This document shows, piece by piece, positions 48,701 through 63,700 of a stretch of DNA of 64,000 nucleotides (positions are counted from its first letter, which is position 1; the number at the start of each line of letters is the position of its first letter). Origin of the DNA: Mobula hypostoma (Eukaryota); NCBI RefSeq assembly GCF_963921235.1, contig NC_086109.1, positions 33,854,001-33,918,000 on the forward strand. The letters are read 5' to 3'. The notes under the pieces were generated by a model. It worked only from the letters and a program-made list of their open reading frames with translations, searched no databases and was not told where the DNA came from. The translations under genes and the position numbers were made by a program.

Positions 48701-51700
48701 GGGAGACGGGTGGGGGAGGAGGTGAACTGAGACGCTGGTAGGTGATAGGGGGAGGGAGACGGGTGGGGGAGGAGGTGAAGTGAGACGCTGGAAGGTGATG
48801 GGGAGGGAGACGGTTGGGGGAGGAGGTGAAGTGAGACGCTGGAAGGTGATAGGGGGAGGGGGACGGGTGGGGGAGGAGGTGAACTGAGACGCTGGAAGGT
48901 GATACGGGAGGGAGACAGGTGGGGGAGGAGATGAAGTGAGACGCTGGAAGGTGATCGGGGGAGGGAGACGGATGGGGAGGAGGTGAACTGAGACGCTGGA
49001 AGGTGATAGGGGGAGGGAGATGGGTGGGGGAGGAGGTGAAGTGAGACGCTGGAAGGTGATAGAGTGAGGGAGACGGGTGGGGGAGGAGGCGAACTGAGAT
49101 GCTGGAAGGTGATAGCGGGAGGGAGATGGGTCGGGAAGGAGGTGAACTGAGACGCTGGAAGGTGATACGGGAGGGAGACGGGTGGGGGAGGAGGTGAAGT
49201 GAGACGCTGGAAGGTGATAGGGGGAGGGAGACGGGTGGGGGAGGAGGTGAAGTGAGACGCTGGAAGGTGATAGGGGGAGGGAGACGGGTGGGGGAGGAGG
49301 TGAAGTGAGACGCTGGAAGGTGATAGAGTGAGGGAGACGGGTGGGGGAGGAGGCGAACTGAGATGCTGGAAGGTGATAGCGGGAGGGAGATGGGTCGGGA
49401 AGGAGGTGAACTGAGACGCTGGTAGGTGATACGGGAGGGAGACGGGTGGGGGAGGAGGTGAAGTGAGACGCTGGAAGGTGATAGGGGGAGGGAGACGGTT
49501 GGGGAGGAGGTGAAGTGAAACGCTGGAAGGTGATAGGGGGAGGCAGACGGGAGGGGAGGAGGTGAAGTGAGACGCTGGAAGGTGATTGGGGGAGGGAGAC
49601 GGGCGGGGGAGGAGGTGGAGTGAGACGGTGGAAGGTGTTTGAGAGGGAGACAGGTCGGGGAGAAGGTGAAGTGAGACACTGGAAGGTGATGGGGAGGGAG
49701 ACAGGTTGGAGAGGAGGTGAACTGAGAGGGTGGAAGGTGATAGGGGAAGGGAGACGGGTTGGGGAGGAGGTGAAGTGAGACTCTGGAAGGTGATAGGGGA
49801 CGGGAGACTGGTGGGGGAGGAGGTGACGTGAGACGCTGGAAGGTGATCAGGGAAGGGAGACGGGTGGGGGAGGAGGTGAAGTGAGACGCTGGATGGTGAT
49901 AGGGGAGGGGAGACGGGTGGGGGAGGAGGTGAAGTGAGACGCTGGACGGTGATAGGGGCCAGGAGACTTGTGGGGGAGGAGGTGAAGTGAGACGCTGGAA
50001 GGTGATAGGGGAAGGGAGACGGGTGGTGGAGGAGATCAAGTTGGACACTGGAAGGTGATAGGGGATGGGGACAGGTAGGGGAGGACGTGAAGTGAGCTGC
50101 TGGAAGGTGATAGGGGGAGGGAGACGGGTGGGGGAGGAGGTGAAGTGAGACGCTGGAAGGTGATAGGGGGAGGGAGACGGGTGGGGGAGGAGGTGAAGTG
50201 AGACGCTGGAAGGTGATAGGGGAGGGAGACGGGTGGGGGAGGAGGTGAAGTGAGACGCTGGAAGGTGATAGGGGGAGGGAGACGGGTGGGGGAAGAGATG
50301 AAGTGAGACGCTGGAAGGTGATGGGAAGGGAGACCGTGGGAGAGGAGGTGAACTGAGACGCTGGAAGGTGATAGGGGGAGGGAGACGGGTGGGGGAGGAG
50401 GTGAAGTGAGACGCTGGAAGGTGATAGAGTGAGGGAGACGGGTGGGGGAGGAGGTGAAGTGAGATACTGGAAGGTGATAGCGGGAGGGAGATGGGTGGGG
50501 GAGGAGGTGAACTGAGACGCTGGAAGGTGATACGGGAGGGAGACGGGTGGGGGAGGAGATGAAGTGAGACGCTGGAAGGTGATCGGGGGAGGGAGACGGT
50601 TGGGGAGGAGGTGAAGTGAGACGCTGGAAGGTGATAGGGGAGTGAGACGGGTGGGGGAGGAGGTGAAGTGAAACGCTGGAAGGTGATGGGGAGGCAGACG
50701 GGAGGGGAGGAGGTGAAGTGAGACGCTGGAAGGTGATTGGGGGAGGGAGACGGGCGGGGAGGAGGTGGAGTGAGACGTTGGAAGGTGTTTGGGAGGGAGA
50801 CAGGTCGGGGAGAAGGTGAAGTGAGATGTTGGAAGGTGATAGGGGAAGGGAGACAGGTGGGAGAGGAGGTGAAGTGAGCCGCTGCAAGGTGATGGGGAGG
50901 GAGACAGGTTGGAGAGGATGTGAACTGAGAGGCTGGAAGGTGATAGGGGAAGGGAGACGGGTTGGGGAGGAGGTGAAGTGAGACGCTGGAAGGTGATAGG
51001 GGGAGGGAGACGGGTGGCGGAGGAAGTGAAGTGAAACGCGGGAAGGTGATAGGGGGCGGGAGCCGGGTGGGGTAGGAGGTGAACTGAGACGCTGGAAGGT
51101 AATCGGGGGCGGGAGACGGGTGTGGGACGAAGTGAAGTGAGACGATGGAAGGTGATGGGGAGGGAGACGGGTGTGGGACGAGGTGAAGTGAGACGCTGGA
51201 AGGTGATAGGGGGAGGGAGACGGGTGGGGGAGGAGGTGAAGTGAGACGCTGGAAGGTGATAGGGGAAGGGAGACGGGTGTGGGAGGAGGTGCAGTGAGAC
51301 GCTGGAAGATGATGGGGGAGGGAGACGGGTAGGGGAGGAGGTGAAGTGAGACGCTGGAAGGTGATAGGGGGAGGGAGACGGGTGGGGGAGGAGGTGAAGT
51401 GAGACGCTGGAAGGTGATAGGGGGAGGGAGACGGGTGGGGGAGGAGGTGAAGTGAGACGCTGGAAGGTGATAGGGGAGGGAGACGGGTGGGGGAGGAGGT
51501 GAAGTGAGACGCTGGAAGGTGATCGGGGAGGGAGACGGGTGGGGGAGGAGGTGAAGTGAGACGCTGGAAGGTGATAGGGGAGGGAGACGGGTGGGGGAGG
51601 AGGTGAAGTGAGATGCTGGAAGGTGATAGGGGAAGGGAGACGGGTGGGGGAGGAGGTGAACTGAGACGCTGGAAGGTGATAGGGGGAGGGAGACGGGTGG

Positions 51701-54700
51701 GGAGGAGGTGAAGTGAGACGCTGGAAGGTGATGGGGAGGGAGACGGTTGGGGGAGGAGGTGAAGTGAGACGCTGGAAGGTGATAGGGGGAGGGAGACGGG
51801 TGGGGTAGGAGGTGAGGTGAGACGCTGGAAGGTGATAGGGGGAGGGAGACGGGTGGGGGAGGAGGTGAAGTGAGACGCTGGAAGGTGATAGGGGGAGGGA
51901 GACGGATGGGGAGGAGGTGAAGTGAGACGCTGGAATGTCATAGGGGAGGGAGACCGTGGGAGAGGAGGTGAACTGAGACGCTGGAAGGTGATAGGGGGAG
52001 GGAGACGGGTGGGGGAGGAGGTGAAGTGAGACGCTGGAAGGTGATAGAGTGAGGGAGACGGGTGGGGGAGGAGGTGAAGTGAGATGCTGGAAGGTGATAG
52101 GGGGAGGGAGACGGGTGGGGGAGGAGGTGAACTGAGACGCTGGAAGGTGATACGGGAGGGAGACAGGTGGGGGAGGAGATGAAGTGAGACGCTGGAAGGT
52201 GATAGGGGGAGGGAGACGGGTGGGGGAGGAGGTGAAGTGAGACGCTGGAAGGTGATAGGGGGAGGGAGACGGGTGGGGGAGGAGGTGAAGTGAGACGCTG
52301 GAAGGTGATAGAGTGAGGGAGACGGGTGGGGGAGGAGGCGAACTGAGATGCTGGAAGGTGATAGCGGGAGGGAGATGGGTCGGGAAGGAGGTGAACTGAG
52401 ACCCGGGTATGGTGATACGGGAGGGAGACGGGTGGGGGAGGAGGTGAAGTGAGACGCTGGAAGGTGATAGGGGGAGGGAGACGGGTTGGGGAGGAGGTGA
52501 AGTGAGACGCTGGAAGGTGATAGGGGGAGGGAGACGGGTGGGGGAGGAGGTGAAGTGAGACGCTGGAAGGTGATTGGGGGAGGGAGACGGGGGGGAGGAG
52601 GTGGAGTGAGACGGTGGAAGGTGTTTGGGAGGGAGACAGTTCGGGGAGAAGGTGAAGAGAGACACTGGAAGGTGATGGGGAGGGAGACGGATTGGAGAGG
52701 AGGTGAACTGAGAGGCTGGAAGGTGATGGGGAAGGGAGACGGGTTGGGGAGGAGGTGACGTGAGACTCTGGAAGGTGATAGGGGACGGGAGACTGGTGGG
52801 GGAGGAGGTGACGTGAGACGCTGGAAGGTGATCAGGGAAGGGAGACGGGTGGGGGAGGAGGTGAAGTGAGACTCTGGAAGGTGATAGGGGACGGGAGACG
52901 GGTGGGGGGAGGAGGTGAAGTGAGACGCTGGAAGGTGATCAGGGAAGGGAGACGGGTGGGGGAGGAGGTGAAGTGAGACGCTGGATGGTGATAGGGGAGG
53001 GGAGACGGGTGGGTGAGGAGGTGAAGTGAGACGCTGGAAGGTGATAGGGGCTGGGAGACGTGTGGGAGAGGAGGTGAAGTGAGACGCTGGAAGGTGATAG
53101 GGGAAGGGAGACGGGTGGGGGAGAAGATGAAGTGAGACACTGGAAGTTGATGGGGAGGGAGACAGGTGGGGGAGGACGTGAAGTGAGACGCGGGAAGGTG
53201 ATAGGGGAAGGGAGACGGGTGGGGGAGGAGGTGAAGTGAGACGCTGGAAGGTGATAGGGGGAGGGAGACGGGTGGGGGAGGAGGTGAAGTGAGACGCTGG
53301 AAGGTGATAGGGGAGGGAGACGGGTGGGGGAGGAGGTGAAGTGAGACGCTGGAAGGTGATAGGGGGAGGGAGATGGGTGGGGGAAGAGATGAAGTGAGAC
53401 GCTGGAAGGTGATGGGAAGGGAGACGGGTGTAGGAGGAGGTGAAGTGAGATGCTGGAAGGTGATAGGGGAGGGAGACGGGTGGGGAGGAGGTGAAGTGAG
53501 ACGCTGGAAGGTGATGGGGAGGGAGACGGTTGGGGGAGGAGGTGAAGTGAGACGCTGGAAGGTGATAGGGGGAGGGAGACGGGTGGGGTAGGAGGTGAAG
53601 TGAGACGCGGGAAGGTGATAGGGGGAGGGAGACGGGTGGGGGAGGAGGTGAAGTGAGACGCTGGAAGGTGATAGGGGGAGGGAGACGGATGGGGAGGAGG
53701 TGAAGTGAGACGCTGGAATGTCATAGGGGAGGGAGACCGTGGGAGAGGAGGTGAACTGAGACGCTGGAAGGTGATAGGGGGAGGGAGACGGGTGGGGGAG
53801 GAGGTGAAGTGAGACGCTGGAAGGTGATAGAGTGAGGGAGACGGGTGGGGGAGGAGCTGAAGTGAGATACTGGAAGGTGATAGCGGGAGGGAGAGGGGTG
53901 GGGGAGGAGGTGAACTGAGACGCTGGAAGGTGATACGGGAGGGAGACGGGTGGGGGAGGAGATGAAGTGAGACGCTGGAAGGTGATAGGGGGAGGGAGAC
54001 GGGTTGGGGAGGAGGTGAAGTGAGACGCTGGAAGGTGATAGGGGAGGGAGACGGGTGGGGGAGGAGGTGAAGTGAAACGCTGGAAGGTGATGGGGAGGCA
54101 GACGGGAGGGGAGGAGGTGAAGTGAGACGCTGGAAGGTGATTGGGGGAGGGAGACGGGCGGGGAGGAGGTGGAGTGAGACGTTGGAAGGTGTTTGGGAGG
54201 GAGACAGGTCGGGGAGAAGGTGAAGTGAGATGCTGGAAGGTGATAGGGGAAGGGAGACAGGTGGGAGAGGAGGTGAAGTGAGACGCTGCAAGGTGATGGG
54301 GAGGGAGACAGGTTGGAGAGGATGTGAACTGAGAGGCTGGAAGTTGATAGGGGAAGGGAGACGGGTTGGGGAGGAGGTGAAGTGAGACGCTGGAAGGTGA
54401 TGGGGGTGGGAGACGGGTGGCGGAGGAAGTGAAGTGAAACGCTGGAAGGTGATAGGGGGAGGGAGACGGGTGGGGTAGGAGGTGAACTGAGACGCTGGAA
54501 GGTAATAGGGGGAGGGAGACGGGTGTGGGACGAAGTGAAGTGAGACGATGGAAGGTGATGGGGAGGGAGACGGGTGTGGGACGAGGTGAAGTGAGACGCT
54601 GGAAGGTGATAGGGGGAGGGAGACGGGTGGGGGAGGAGGTGAAGTGAGACGCTGGAAGGTGATAGGGGAAGGGAGACGGGTGTGGGAGGAGGTGCAGTGA

Positions 54701-57700
54701 GACGCTGGAAGATGATGGGGGAGGGAGACGGGTAGGGGAGGAGGTGAAGTGAGACGCTGGAAGGTGATGGGGGAGGGAGACGGGTGGGGGAGGAGGTGAA
54801 GTGAGACGCTGGAAGGTGATAGGGGGAGGGAGACGGGTGGGGGAGGAGGTGAAGTGAGACGCTGGAAGGTGATAGGGGGAGGGAGACGGGTGGGGGAGGA
54901 GGTGAAGTGAGACGCTGGAAGGTGATCGGGGAAGCGGACGGGTGGGGGAGGAGGTGAAGTGAGACGCTGGAAGGTGATAGGGGAGGGAGACGGGTGGGGG
55001 AGGAGGTGAAGTGAGATGCTGCAAGGTGATAGGGGAAGGGAGACGGGTGGGGGAGGAGGTGAACTGAGACGCTGGTAGGTGATAGGGGGAGGGAGACGGG
55101 TGGGGAGGAGGTGAAGTGAGACGCTGGAATGTGATGGGGAGGGAGACGGTTGGGGGAGGAGGTGAAGTCAGACGCTGGAAGGTGATAGGGGGAGGGGGAC
55201 GGGTGGGGTAGGAGGTGAGGTGAGACGCTAGAAGGTGATAGGGGGAGGGAGACGGGTGGGGGAGGAGGTGAAGTGAGACGCTGGAAGGTGATAGGGGGAG
55301 GGAGACGGATGGGGAGGAGGTGAAGTGAGACGCTGGAATGTCATAGGGGAGGGAGACCGTGGGAGAGGAGGTGAACTGAGACGCTGGAAGGTGATAGGGG
55401 GAGGGAGACGGGTGGGGGAGGAGGTGAAGTGAGACGCTGGAAGGTGATAGAGTGAGGGAGACGGGTGGGGGAGGAGGTGAAGTGAGATGCTGCAAGGTGA
55501 TAGGGGAAGGGAGACGGGTGGGGGAGGAGGTGAACTGAGACGCTGGTAGGTGATAGGGGGAGGGAGACGGGTGGGGGAGGAGGTGAAGTGAGACGCTGGA
55601 AGGTGATAGAGCGAGGGAGACGGGTGGGGGAAGAGGTGAAGTGAGACACTGGAAGGTAATGGGGAGGGAGACAGGTTGGAGAGGAGGCGAACTGAGACGC
55701 TGGAAGGTGATAGGGGAAGGGAGATGGGTTGGGGAGGAGGTGAAGTGAGACGCTGGATGGTGATAGGGGGAGGGAGACGGGTCGGGGAGGATGTGAAGTG
55801 AGACGCTGGAAGGTGATAGGGTGAGGGAGACGGGTGGGGGAGGAGGTGAAGTGAGACGCTGGAATGTGGTAGGGGGAGGGAGACGGGTGGGGGAGGAGGT
55901 GAAGTGAGACGCTGGAAGGTGATAGGGGAGGGAGACGGGTGGGGGAGGAGGTGAAGTGAGACGCTGGTAGGTGATAGGGGGAGGGAGACGGGTGGGGGAG
56001 GAGGTGAAGTGAGACGCTGGAAGGTGATAGAGCGAGGGAGACGGGTGGGGGAAGAGGTGAAGTGAGACGCTGGAAGGTGATAGGAGAAGGGAGACGGGTG
56101 GTGGAGGAGGTGAAGTGAGACGCTGGTAGGTGATAGGGGGAGGGAGACGGGTGGGGGAGGAGGTGAAGTGAGACGCTGGAAGGTGATAGTGGGAGGGAGA
56201 CGGGTGGGCGGGGAGGTGAAGTGAGATGCTGGAAGTTGATAGCGGGAGGGAGACGGGTGGGGGAGGAAGTGAAGTGAGGCGTTGGAAGGTGATGGGGGGG
56301 TAGACGGGTGGGTGTGGAGTGGAAGTGAGACGCTGGAAGGTGATAGGGGGAGGTAGATGGGTGGGGGAGGAGGTGAATTGAGATGCTGGAAGGTGATGGG
56401 GGAGGGAGACGGGTGGGGAAGAAGGTGAAGTCAGACGCTGGAATGTGATAGGGAAAGGGAGACAGGTCAAGGAAGGGGTGACGTGAGACGCTGGAAGTTG
56501 ATGTGGGAGGGAGGCGGGTGGGGGAGGCGTTGAAGTGAGACGCTGGAAGTTGATGAGGGAGGGAGGCGGGTGGGGGAGGCGTTGAAGTGAGACGCTGGAA
56601 GGTGATGGGGGAGGGAGACAGGTGTGGATGGAGGTGAAGTGAGACGCTGGTAGGTGATAGGCGGAGGGAGACGGGTGTAGGAGGAGGTGAAGTGAGACGC
56701 TGGAAGGTGATAGGGGGAGGGAGACGGGTGTGGGAGGAGGTGAAGTGAGACGCTGGAAGGTGATAGGGGGAGGGAGACGGGTCGGGGAGGACGTGAAGTG
56801 AGACGCGGGAAGGTGATAGGTGAAGGGAGACGAGTGGTGGGGGACGTGAAGTGAGGCGCTGGAAGGTGATAGCGGGAGGTAGACGGGTGGGGGAGGAGGT
56901 GAAGTGAGACGCTGGAAGGTGATTGGGAGAGGGAGACGGGTGGGGGAGGAGGTGAATTGAGACGCTGGAAGGTGATGGGGAGGGAGATGGGTGGGGAAGA
57001 AGGTGAAGTCAGACGCTGGAAGGTGATCGGGGAAGGGAGACAGGTCAAGGAAGGGGTGAAGTGAGACGCTGGAAGTTGATAGGGGGAGGGAGGCGGGTGG
57101 GGGAGGCGTTGAAGTGAGACGCTGGAAGGTGATAGGGGGAGGGAGACAGGGTGGGGGATGAGGTGAATTGAAACGCTGGAAGGTGATAGTGGGAGGGAGA
57201 CGGGTGGGGGAGAAGGTGAAGTGAGACGCTGGAAGGTGATAGGGGGAGGGAGACGGGTGGGGGAGGAGGTGAAGTGAGACGCTGGAAGGTGATAGGAAAG
57301 GGAGACGGCTGGGGGAGGAGGTGAAGTGAGACGCTGGTAGGTGATAGGGGGAGGGAGACGGGTGGGGGAGGAGGTGAAGTGAGACGCTGGAAGGTGATAG
57401 AGGGAGGGAGATGGGTGGGGGAAGAGATGAAGTGAGACGCTGGAAGGTGATGGGGAGGGAGACGGCTGGGGGAGGAGGTGAAGTGAGACGCTGGATGGTG
57501 ATAGGGGGAGGGAGACGGGTGGGGTAGGAGGTGAGGTGAGACGCTAGAAGGTGATAGGGGGAGGGAGACGGGTGGGGGAGGAGGTGAAGTGAGACGCTGG
57601 AAGGTGATAGGGGGAGGGAGACGGATGGGGAGGAGGTGAAGTGAGACGCTGGAATGTCATAGGGGAGGGAGACCGTGGGAGAGGAGGTGAACTGAGACGC

Positions 57701-60700
57701 TGGAAGGTGATAGGGGAGGGAGACGGGTGGGGGAGGAGGTGAAGTGAAACGCTGGAAGGTGATGGGGAGGCAGACGGGAGGGGAGGAGGTGAAGTGAGAC
57801 GCTGGAAGGTGATTGGGGGAGGGAGACGGGCGGGGAGGAGGTGGAGTGAGACGTTGGAAGGTGTTTGGGAGGGAGACAGGTCGGGGAGAAGGTGAAGTGA
57901 GATGCTGGAAGGTGATAGGGGAAGGGAGACAGGTGGGAGAGGAGGTGAAGTGAGACGCTGGAAGGTGATGGGGAGGGAGACAGGTTGGAGAGGAGGTGAA
58001 CTGAGAGGCTGGAAGGTGATAGGGGAAGGGAGACGGGTTGGGGAGGAGGTGAAGTGAGACGCTGGAAGGTGATGGGGGTGGGAGACGGGTGGCGGAGGAA
58101 GTGAAGTGAAACGCTGGAAAGTGATAGGGGGAGGGAGACGGGTGGGGTAGGAGGTGAACTGAGACGCTGGAAGGTAATAGGGGGAGGGAGACGGGTGTGG
58201 GACGAAGTGAAGTGAGACGATGGAAGGTGATGGGGAGGGAGACGGGTGTGGGACGAGGTGAAGTGAGACGCTGGAAGGTGATAGGGGGAGGGAGACGGGT
58301 GGGGGAGGAGGTGAAGTGAGACGCTGGAAGGTGATAGGGGAAGGGAGACGGGTGTGGGAGGAGGTGCAGTGAGACGCTGGAAGATGATGGGGGAGGGAGA
58401 CGGGTGGGGGAGGAGGTGAAGTGAGACGCTGGAAGGTGATGGGGGAGGGAGACGGGTGGGGGAGGAGGTGAAGTGAGACGCTGGAAGGTGATAGGGGGAG
58501 GGAGACGGGTGGGGGAGGAGGTGAAGTGAGACGCTGGAAGGTGATAGGGGGAGGGAGACGGGTGGGGGAGGAGGTGAAGTGAGACGCTGGAAGGTGATCG
58601 GGGAAGCGGACGGGTGGGGGAGGAGGTGAAGTGAGACGCTGGAAGGTGATAGGGGAGGGAGACGGGTGGGGGAGGAGGTGAAGTGAGATGCTGCAAGGTG
58701 ATAGGGGAAGGGAGACGGGTGGGGGAGGAGGTGAACTGAGACGCTGGAAGGTGATAGGGGGAGGGAGACGGGTGGGGGAGGAGGTGAAGTGAGACGCTGG
58801 AAGGTGATGGGGAGGGAGACGGTTGGGGGAGGAGGTGAAGTCAGACGCTGGAAGGTGATAGGGGGAGGGACACGGATGGGGAGGAGGTGAAGTGAGACGC
58901 TGGAATGTCATAGGGGAGGGAGACCGTGGGAGAGGAGGTGAACTGAGACGCTGGAAGGTGATAGGGGGAGGGAGACGGGTGGGGGAGGAGGTGAAGTGAG
59001 ACGCTGGAAGGTGATAGAGTGAGGGAGACGGGTGGGGGAGGAGGTGAAGTGAGATGCTGGAAGGTGATAGGGGAAGGGAGACGGGTGGGGGAGGAGGTGA
59101 AGTGAGACGCTGGAAGGTGATAGGGGGAGGGAGACGGGTGGGGGAGGAGGTGAAGTGAGACGCTGGAAGGTGATAGCGCGAGGGAGACGGGTGGGGGAAG
59201 AGGTGAAGTGAGACACTGGAAGGTAATGGGGAGGGAGACAGGTTGGAGAGGAGGCGAACTGAGACGCTGGAAGGTGATAGGGGAAGGGAGATGGGTTGGG
59301 GAGGAGGTGAAGTGAGACGCTGGATGGTGATAGGGGGAGGGAGACGGGTCGGGGAGGATGTGAAGTGAGACGCTGGAAGGTGATAGGGTGAGGGAGACGG
59401 GTGGGGGAGGAGGTGAAGTGAGACGCTGGAATGTGGTAGGGGGAGGGAGACGGGTGGGGGAGGAGGTGAAGTGAGACGCTGGACGGTGATAGGGGCCAGG
59501 AGACTTGTGGGGGAGGAGGTGATGTGAGACGATGGTAGGAGATAGGGGGAGGGAGACGGGTGGGGGAGAAGGTGAAGTGAGACGCTGGAAGGTGATAGTG
59601 GGAGGGAGACGGGTGGGCGGGGAGGTGAAGTGAGATGCTGGAAGTTGATAGCGGGAGGGAGACGGGTGGGGGAGGAAGTGAAGTGAGGCGCTGGAAGGTG
59701 ATAGGGGGGGTAGACGGGTGGGTGTGGAGTGGAAGTGAGACGCTGGAAGGTGATAGGGGGAGGTAGACGGGTGGGGGAGGAGGTGAATTGAGACGCTGGA
59801 AGGTGATGGGGGAGGGAGACGGGTGGGGAAGAAGGTGAAGTCAGACGCTGGAATGTGATAGGGAAAGGGAGACAGGTCAAGGAAGGGGTGAAGTGAGACG
59901 CTGGAAGTTGATGTGGGAGGGAGGCGGGTGGGGGAGGCGTTGAAGTGAGACGCTGGAAGTTGATGAGGGAGGGAGGCGGGTGGGGGAGGCGTTGAAGTGA
60001 GACGCTGGAAGGTGATGGGGGAGGGAGACAGGTGTGGATGGAGGTGAAGTGAGACGCTGGTAGGTGATAGGCGGAGGGAGACGGGTGTAGGAGGAGGTGA
60101 AGTGAGACGCTGGAAGGTGATAGGGGGAGGGAGACGGGTGGGGGAGGAGGTGAAGTGAGACGCTGGAAGGTGATAGGGGGAGGGAGACGGGTGGGGGAGG
60201 ACGTGAAGTGAGACGCGGGAAGGTGATAGGTGAAGGGAGACGAGTGGTGGGGGACGTGAAGTGAGGCGCTGGAAGGTGATAGCGGGAGGTAGACGGGTGG
60301 GGGAGGAGGTGAAGTGAGACGCTGGAAGGTGATTGGGAGAGGGAGACGGGTGGGGGAGGAGGTGAATTGAGACGCTGGAAGGTGATGGGGAGGGAGATGG
60401 GTGGGGAAGAAGGTGAAGTCAGACGCTGGAAGGTGATCGGGGAAGTGAGACAGGTCAAGGAAGGGGTGAAGTGAGACGCTGGAAGTTGATAGGGGGAGGG
60501 AGGCGGGTGGGGGAGGCGTTGAAGTGAGACGCTGGAAGGTGATAGGGGGAGGGAGACAGGGTGGGGGATGAGGTGAATTGAAACGCTGGAAGGTGATAGT
60601 GGGAGGGAGACGGGTGGGGGAGAAGGTGAAGTGAGACGCTGGAAGATGATAGGGGGAGGGAGACGGGTGGGGGAGGAGGTGAAGTGAGACGCTGGAAGGT

Positions 60701-63700
60701 GATAGGAAAGGGAGACGGCTGGGGGAGGAGGTGAAGTGAGACGCTGGTAGGTGATAGGGGGAGGGAGACGGGTGGGGGAGGAGGTGAAGTGAGACGCTGG
60801 AAGGTGATAGAGGGAGGGAGATGGGTGGGGGAAGAGATGAAGTGAGACGCTGGAAGGTGATGGGGAGGGAGACGGCTGGGGGAGGAGGTGAAGTGAGACG
60901 CTGGATGGTGATAGGGGGAGGGAGACGGGTGGGGTAGGAGGTGAGGTGAGACGCTAGAAGGTGATAGGGGGAGGGAGACGGGTGGGGGAGGAGGTGAAGT
61001 GAGACGCTGGAAGGTGATAGGGGGAGGGAGACGGGATGGGGGAGGAGGTGAAGTGAAACGCTGGAAGGTGATGGGGAGGCAGACGGGAGGGGAGGAGGTG
61101 AAGTGAGACGCTGGAAGGTGATTGGGGGAGTGAGACGGGCGGGGAGGAGGTGGAGTGAGACGTTGGAAGGTGTTTGGGAGGGAGACAGGTCGGGGAGAAG
61201 GTGAAGTGAGATGCTGGAAGGTGATAGGGGAAGGGAGACAGGTGGGAGAGGAGGTGAAGTGAGACGCTGCAAGGTGATGGGGAGGGAGACAGGTTGGAGA
61301 GGATGTGAACTGAGAGGCTGGAAGGTGATAGGGGAAGGGAGACGGGTTGGGGAGGAGGTGAAGTGAGACGCTGGAAGGTGATGGGGGTGGGAGACGGGTG
61401 GCGGAGGAAGTGAAGTGAAACGCTGGAAGGTGATAGGGGGAGGGAGACGGGTGGGGTAGGAGGTGAACTGAGACGCTGGAAGGTAATAGGGGGAGGGAGA
61501 CGGGTGTGGGACGAAGTGAAGTGAGACGATGGAAGGTGATGGGGAGGGAGACGGGTGTGGGACGAGGTGAAGTGAGACGCTGGAAGGTGATAGTGGGAGG
61601 GAGACGGGTGGGGGAGGAGGTGAAGTGAGACGCTGGAAGGTGATAGGGGAAGGGAGACGGGTGTGGGAGGAGGTGCAGTGAGACGCTGGAAGATGATGGG
61701 GGAGGGAGACGGGTAGGGGAGGAGGTGAAGTGAGACGCTGGAAGGTGATAGGGGAGGGAGACGGGTGGGGGAGGAGGTGAAGTGAGACGCTGGAAGGTGA
61801 TAGGGGGAGGGAGACGGGTGGGGGAGGAGGTGAAGTGAGACGCTGGAAGGTGATAGTGGGAGGGAGACGGGTGGGGGAGGAGGTGAAGTGAGACGCTGGA
61901 AGGTGATCGGGGAAGGGAGACGGGTGGGGGAGGAGGTGAAGTGAGACGCTGGAAGGTGATAGGGGAGGGAGACGGGTGGGGGAGGAGGTGAAGTGAGATG
62001 CTGGAAGGTGATAGGGGAAGGGAGACGGGTGGGGGAGGAGGTGAACTGAGACGCTGGTAGGTGATAGGGGGAGGGAGACGGGTGGGGAGGAGGTGAAGTG
62101 AGACGCTGGAATGTGATGGGGAAAGAGACGGTTGGGGGAGGAAGTGAAGTGAGGAGCTGGAAGGTGATAGGGGGAGGGAGACGGGTGGGGTAGGAGGTGA
62201 AGTGAGACGCTGGAAGGTGATAGGGGGAGGGAGACGGGTGGGGGAGGAGGTGAAGTGAGACGCTGGAAGGTGATAGGGGGAGGGAGACGGGTGGGGGAGG
62301 AGGTGAAGTGAGACGCTGGAAGGTGATAGGGAAGGGAGACGGGTGGGGGAGGAGGTGATGTGAGACGCTGGTAGGTGATAGGGGGAGGGAGACGGGTGGG
62401 GAGGAGGTGAAGTGAGACGCTGGAATGTGATGGGGAAGGAGACGGCTGGGGGAGGAGGTGAAGTGAGACGCTGGAAGGTGATGGGGAGGGAGACGGCTGG
62501 GGGAGGAGGTGAAGTGAGACGCTGGATGGTGATAGGGGGAGGGAGACGGGTGGGGTAGGAGGTGAGGTGAGACGCTAGAAGGTGATAGGGGGAGGGAGAC
62601 GGGTGGGGGAGGAGGTGAAGTGAGACGCTGGAAGGTGATAGGGGAGGGAGACGGGTGGGGGAGGAGGTGAAGTGAGACGCTGGAAGGTGATGGGGAGGCA
62701 GACGGGAGGGGAGGAGGTGAAGTGAGACGCTGGAAGGTGATTGGGGGAGGGAGACGGGCGGGGAGGAGGTGGAGTGAGACGTTGGAAGGTGTTTGGGAGG
62801 GAGACAGGTCGGGGAGAAGGTGAAGTGAGATGCTGGAAGGTGATAGGGGAAGGGAGACAGGTGGGAGAGGAGGTGAAGTGAGACGCTGGAAGGTGATGGG
62901 GAGGGAGACAGGTTGGAGAGGAGGTGAACTGAGAGGCTGGAAGGTGATAGGGGAAGGGAGACGGGTTGGGGAGGAGGTGAAGTGAGACGCTGGAAGGTGA
63001 TGGGGGTGGGAGACGGGTGGCGGAGGAAGTGAAGTGAAACGCTGGAAAGTGATAGGGGGAGGGAGACGGGTGGGGTAGGAGGTGAACTGAGACGCTGGAA
63101 GGTAATAGGGGGAGGGAGACGGGTGTGGGACGAAGTGAAGTGAGACGATGGAAGGTGATGGGGAGGGAGACGGGTGTGGGACGAGGTGAAGTGAGACGCT
63201 GGAAGGTGATAGGGGGAGGGAGACGGGTGGGGGAGGAGGTGAAGTGAGACGCTGGAAGGTGATAGGGGAAGGGAGACGGGTGTGGGAGGAGGTGCAGTGA
63301 GACGCTGGAAGATGATGGGGGAGGGAGACGAGTAGGGGAGGAGGTGAAGTGAGACGCTGGAAGGTGATGGGGGAGGGAGACGGGTGGGGGAGGAGGTGAA
63401 GTGAGACGCTGGAAGGTGATAGGGGGAGGGAGACGGGTGGGGGAGGAGGTGAAGTGAGACGCTGGAAGGTGATAGGGGGAGGGAGACGGGTGGGGGAGGA
63501 GGTGAAGTGAGACGCTGGAAGGTGATCGGGGAAGCGAGACGGGTGGGGGAGGAGGTGAAGTGAGACGCTGGAAGGTGATAGGGGAGGGAGACGGGTGGGG
63601 GAGGAGGTGAAGTGAGATGCTGCAAGGTGATAGGGGAAGGGAGACGGGTGGGGGAGGAGGTGAAGTGAGACGCTGGTAGGTGATAGGGGGAGGGAGACGG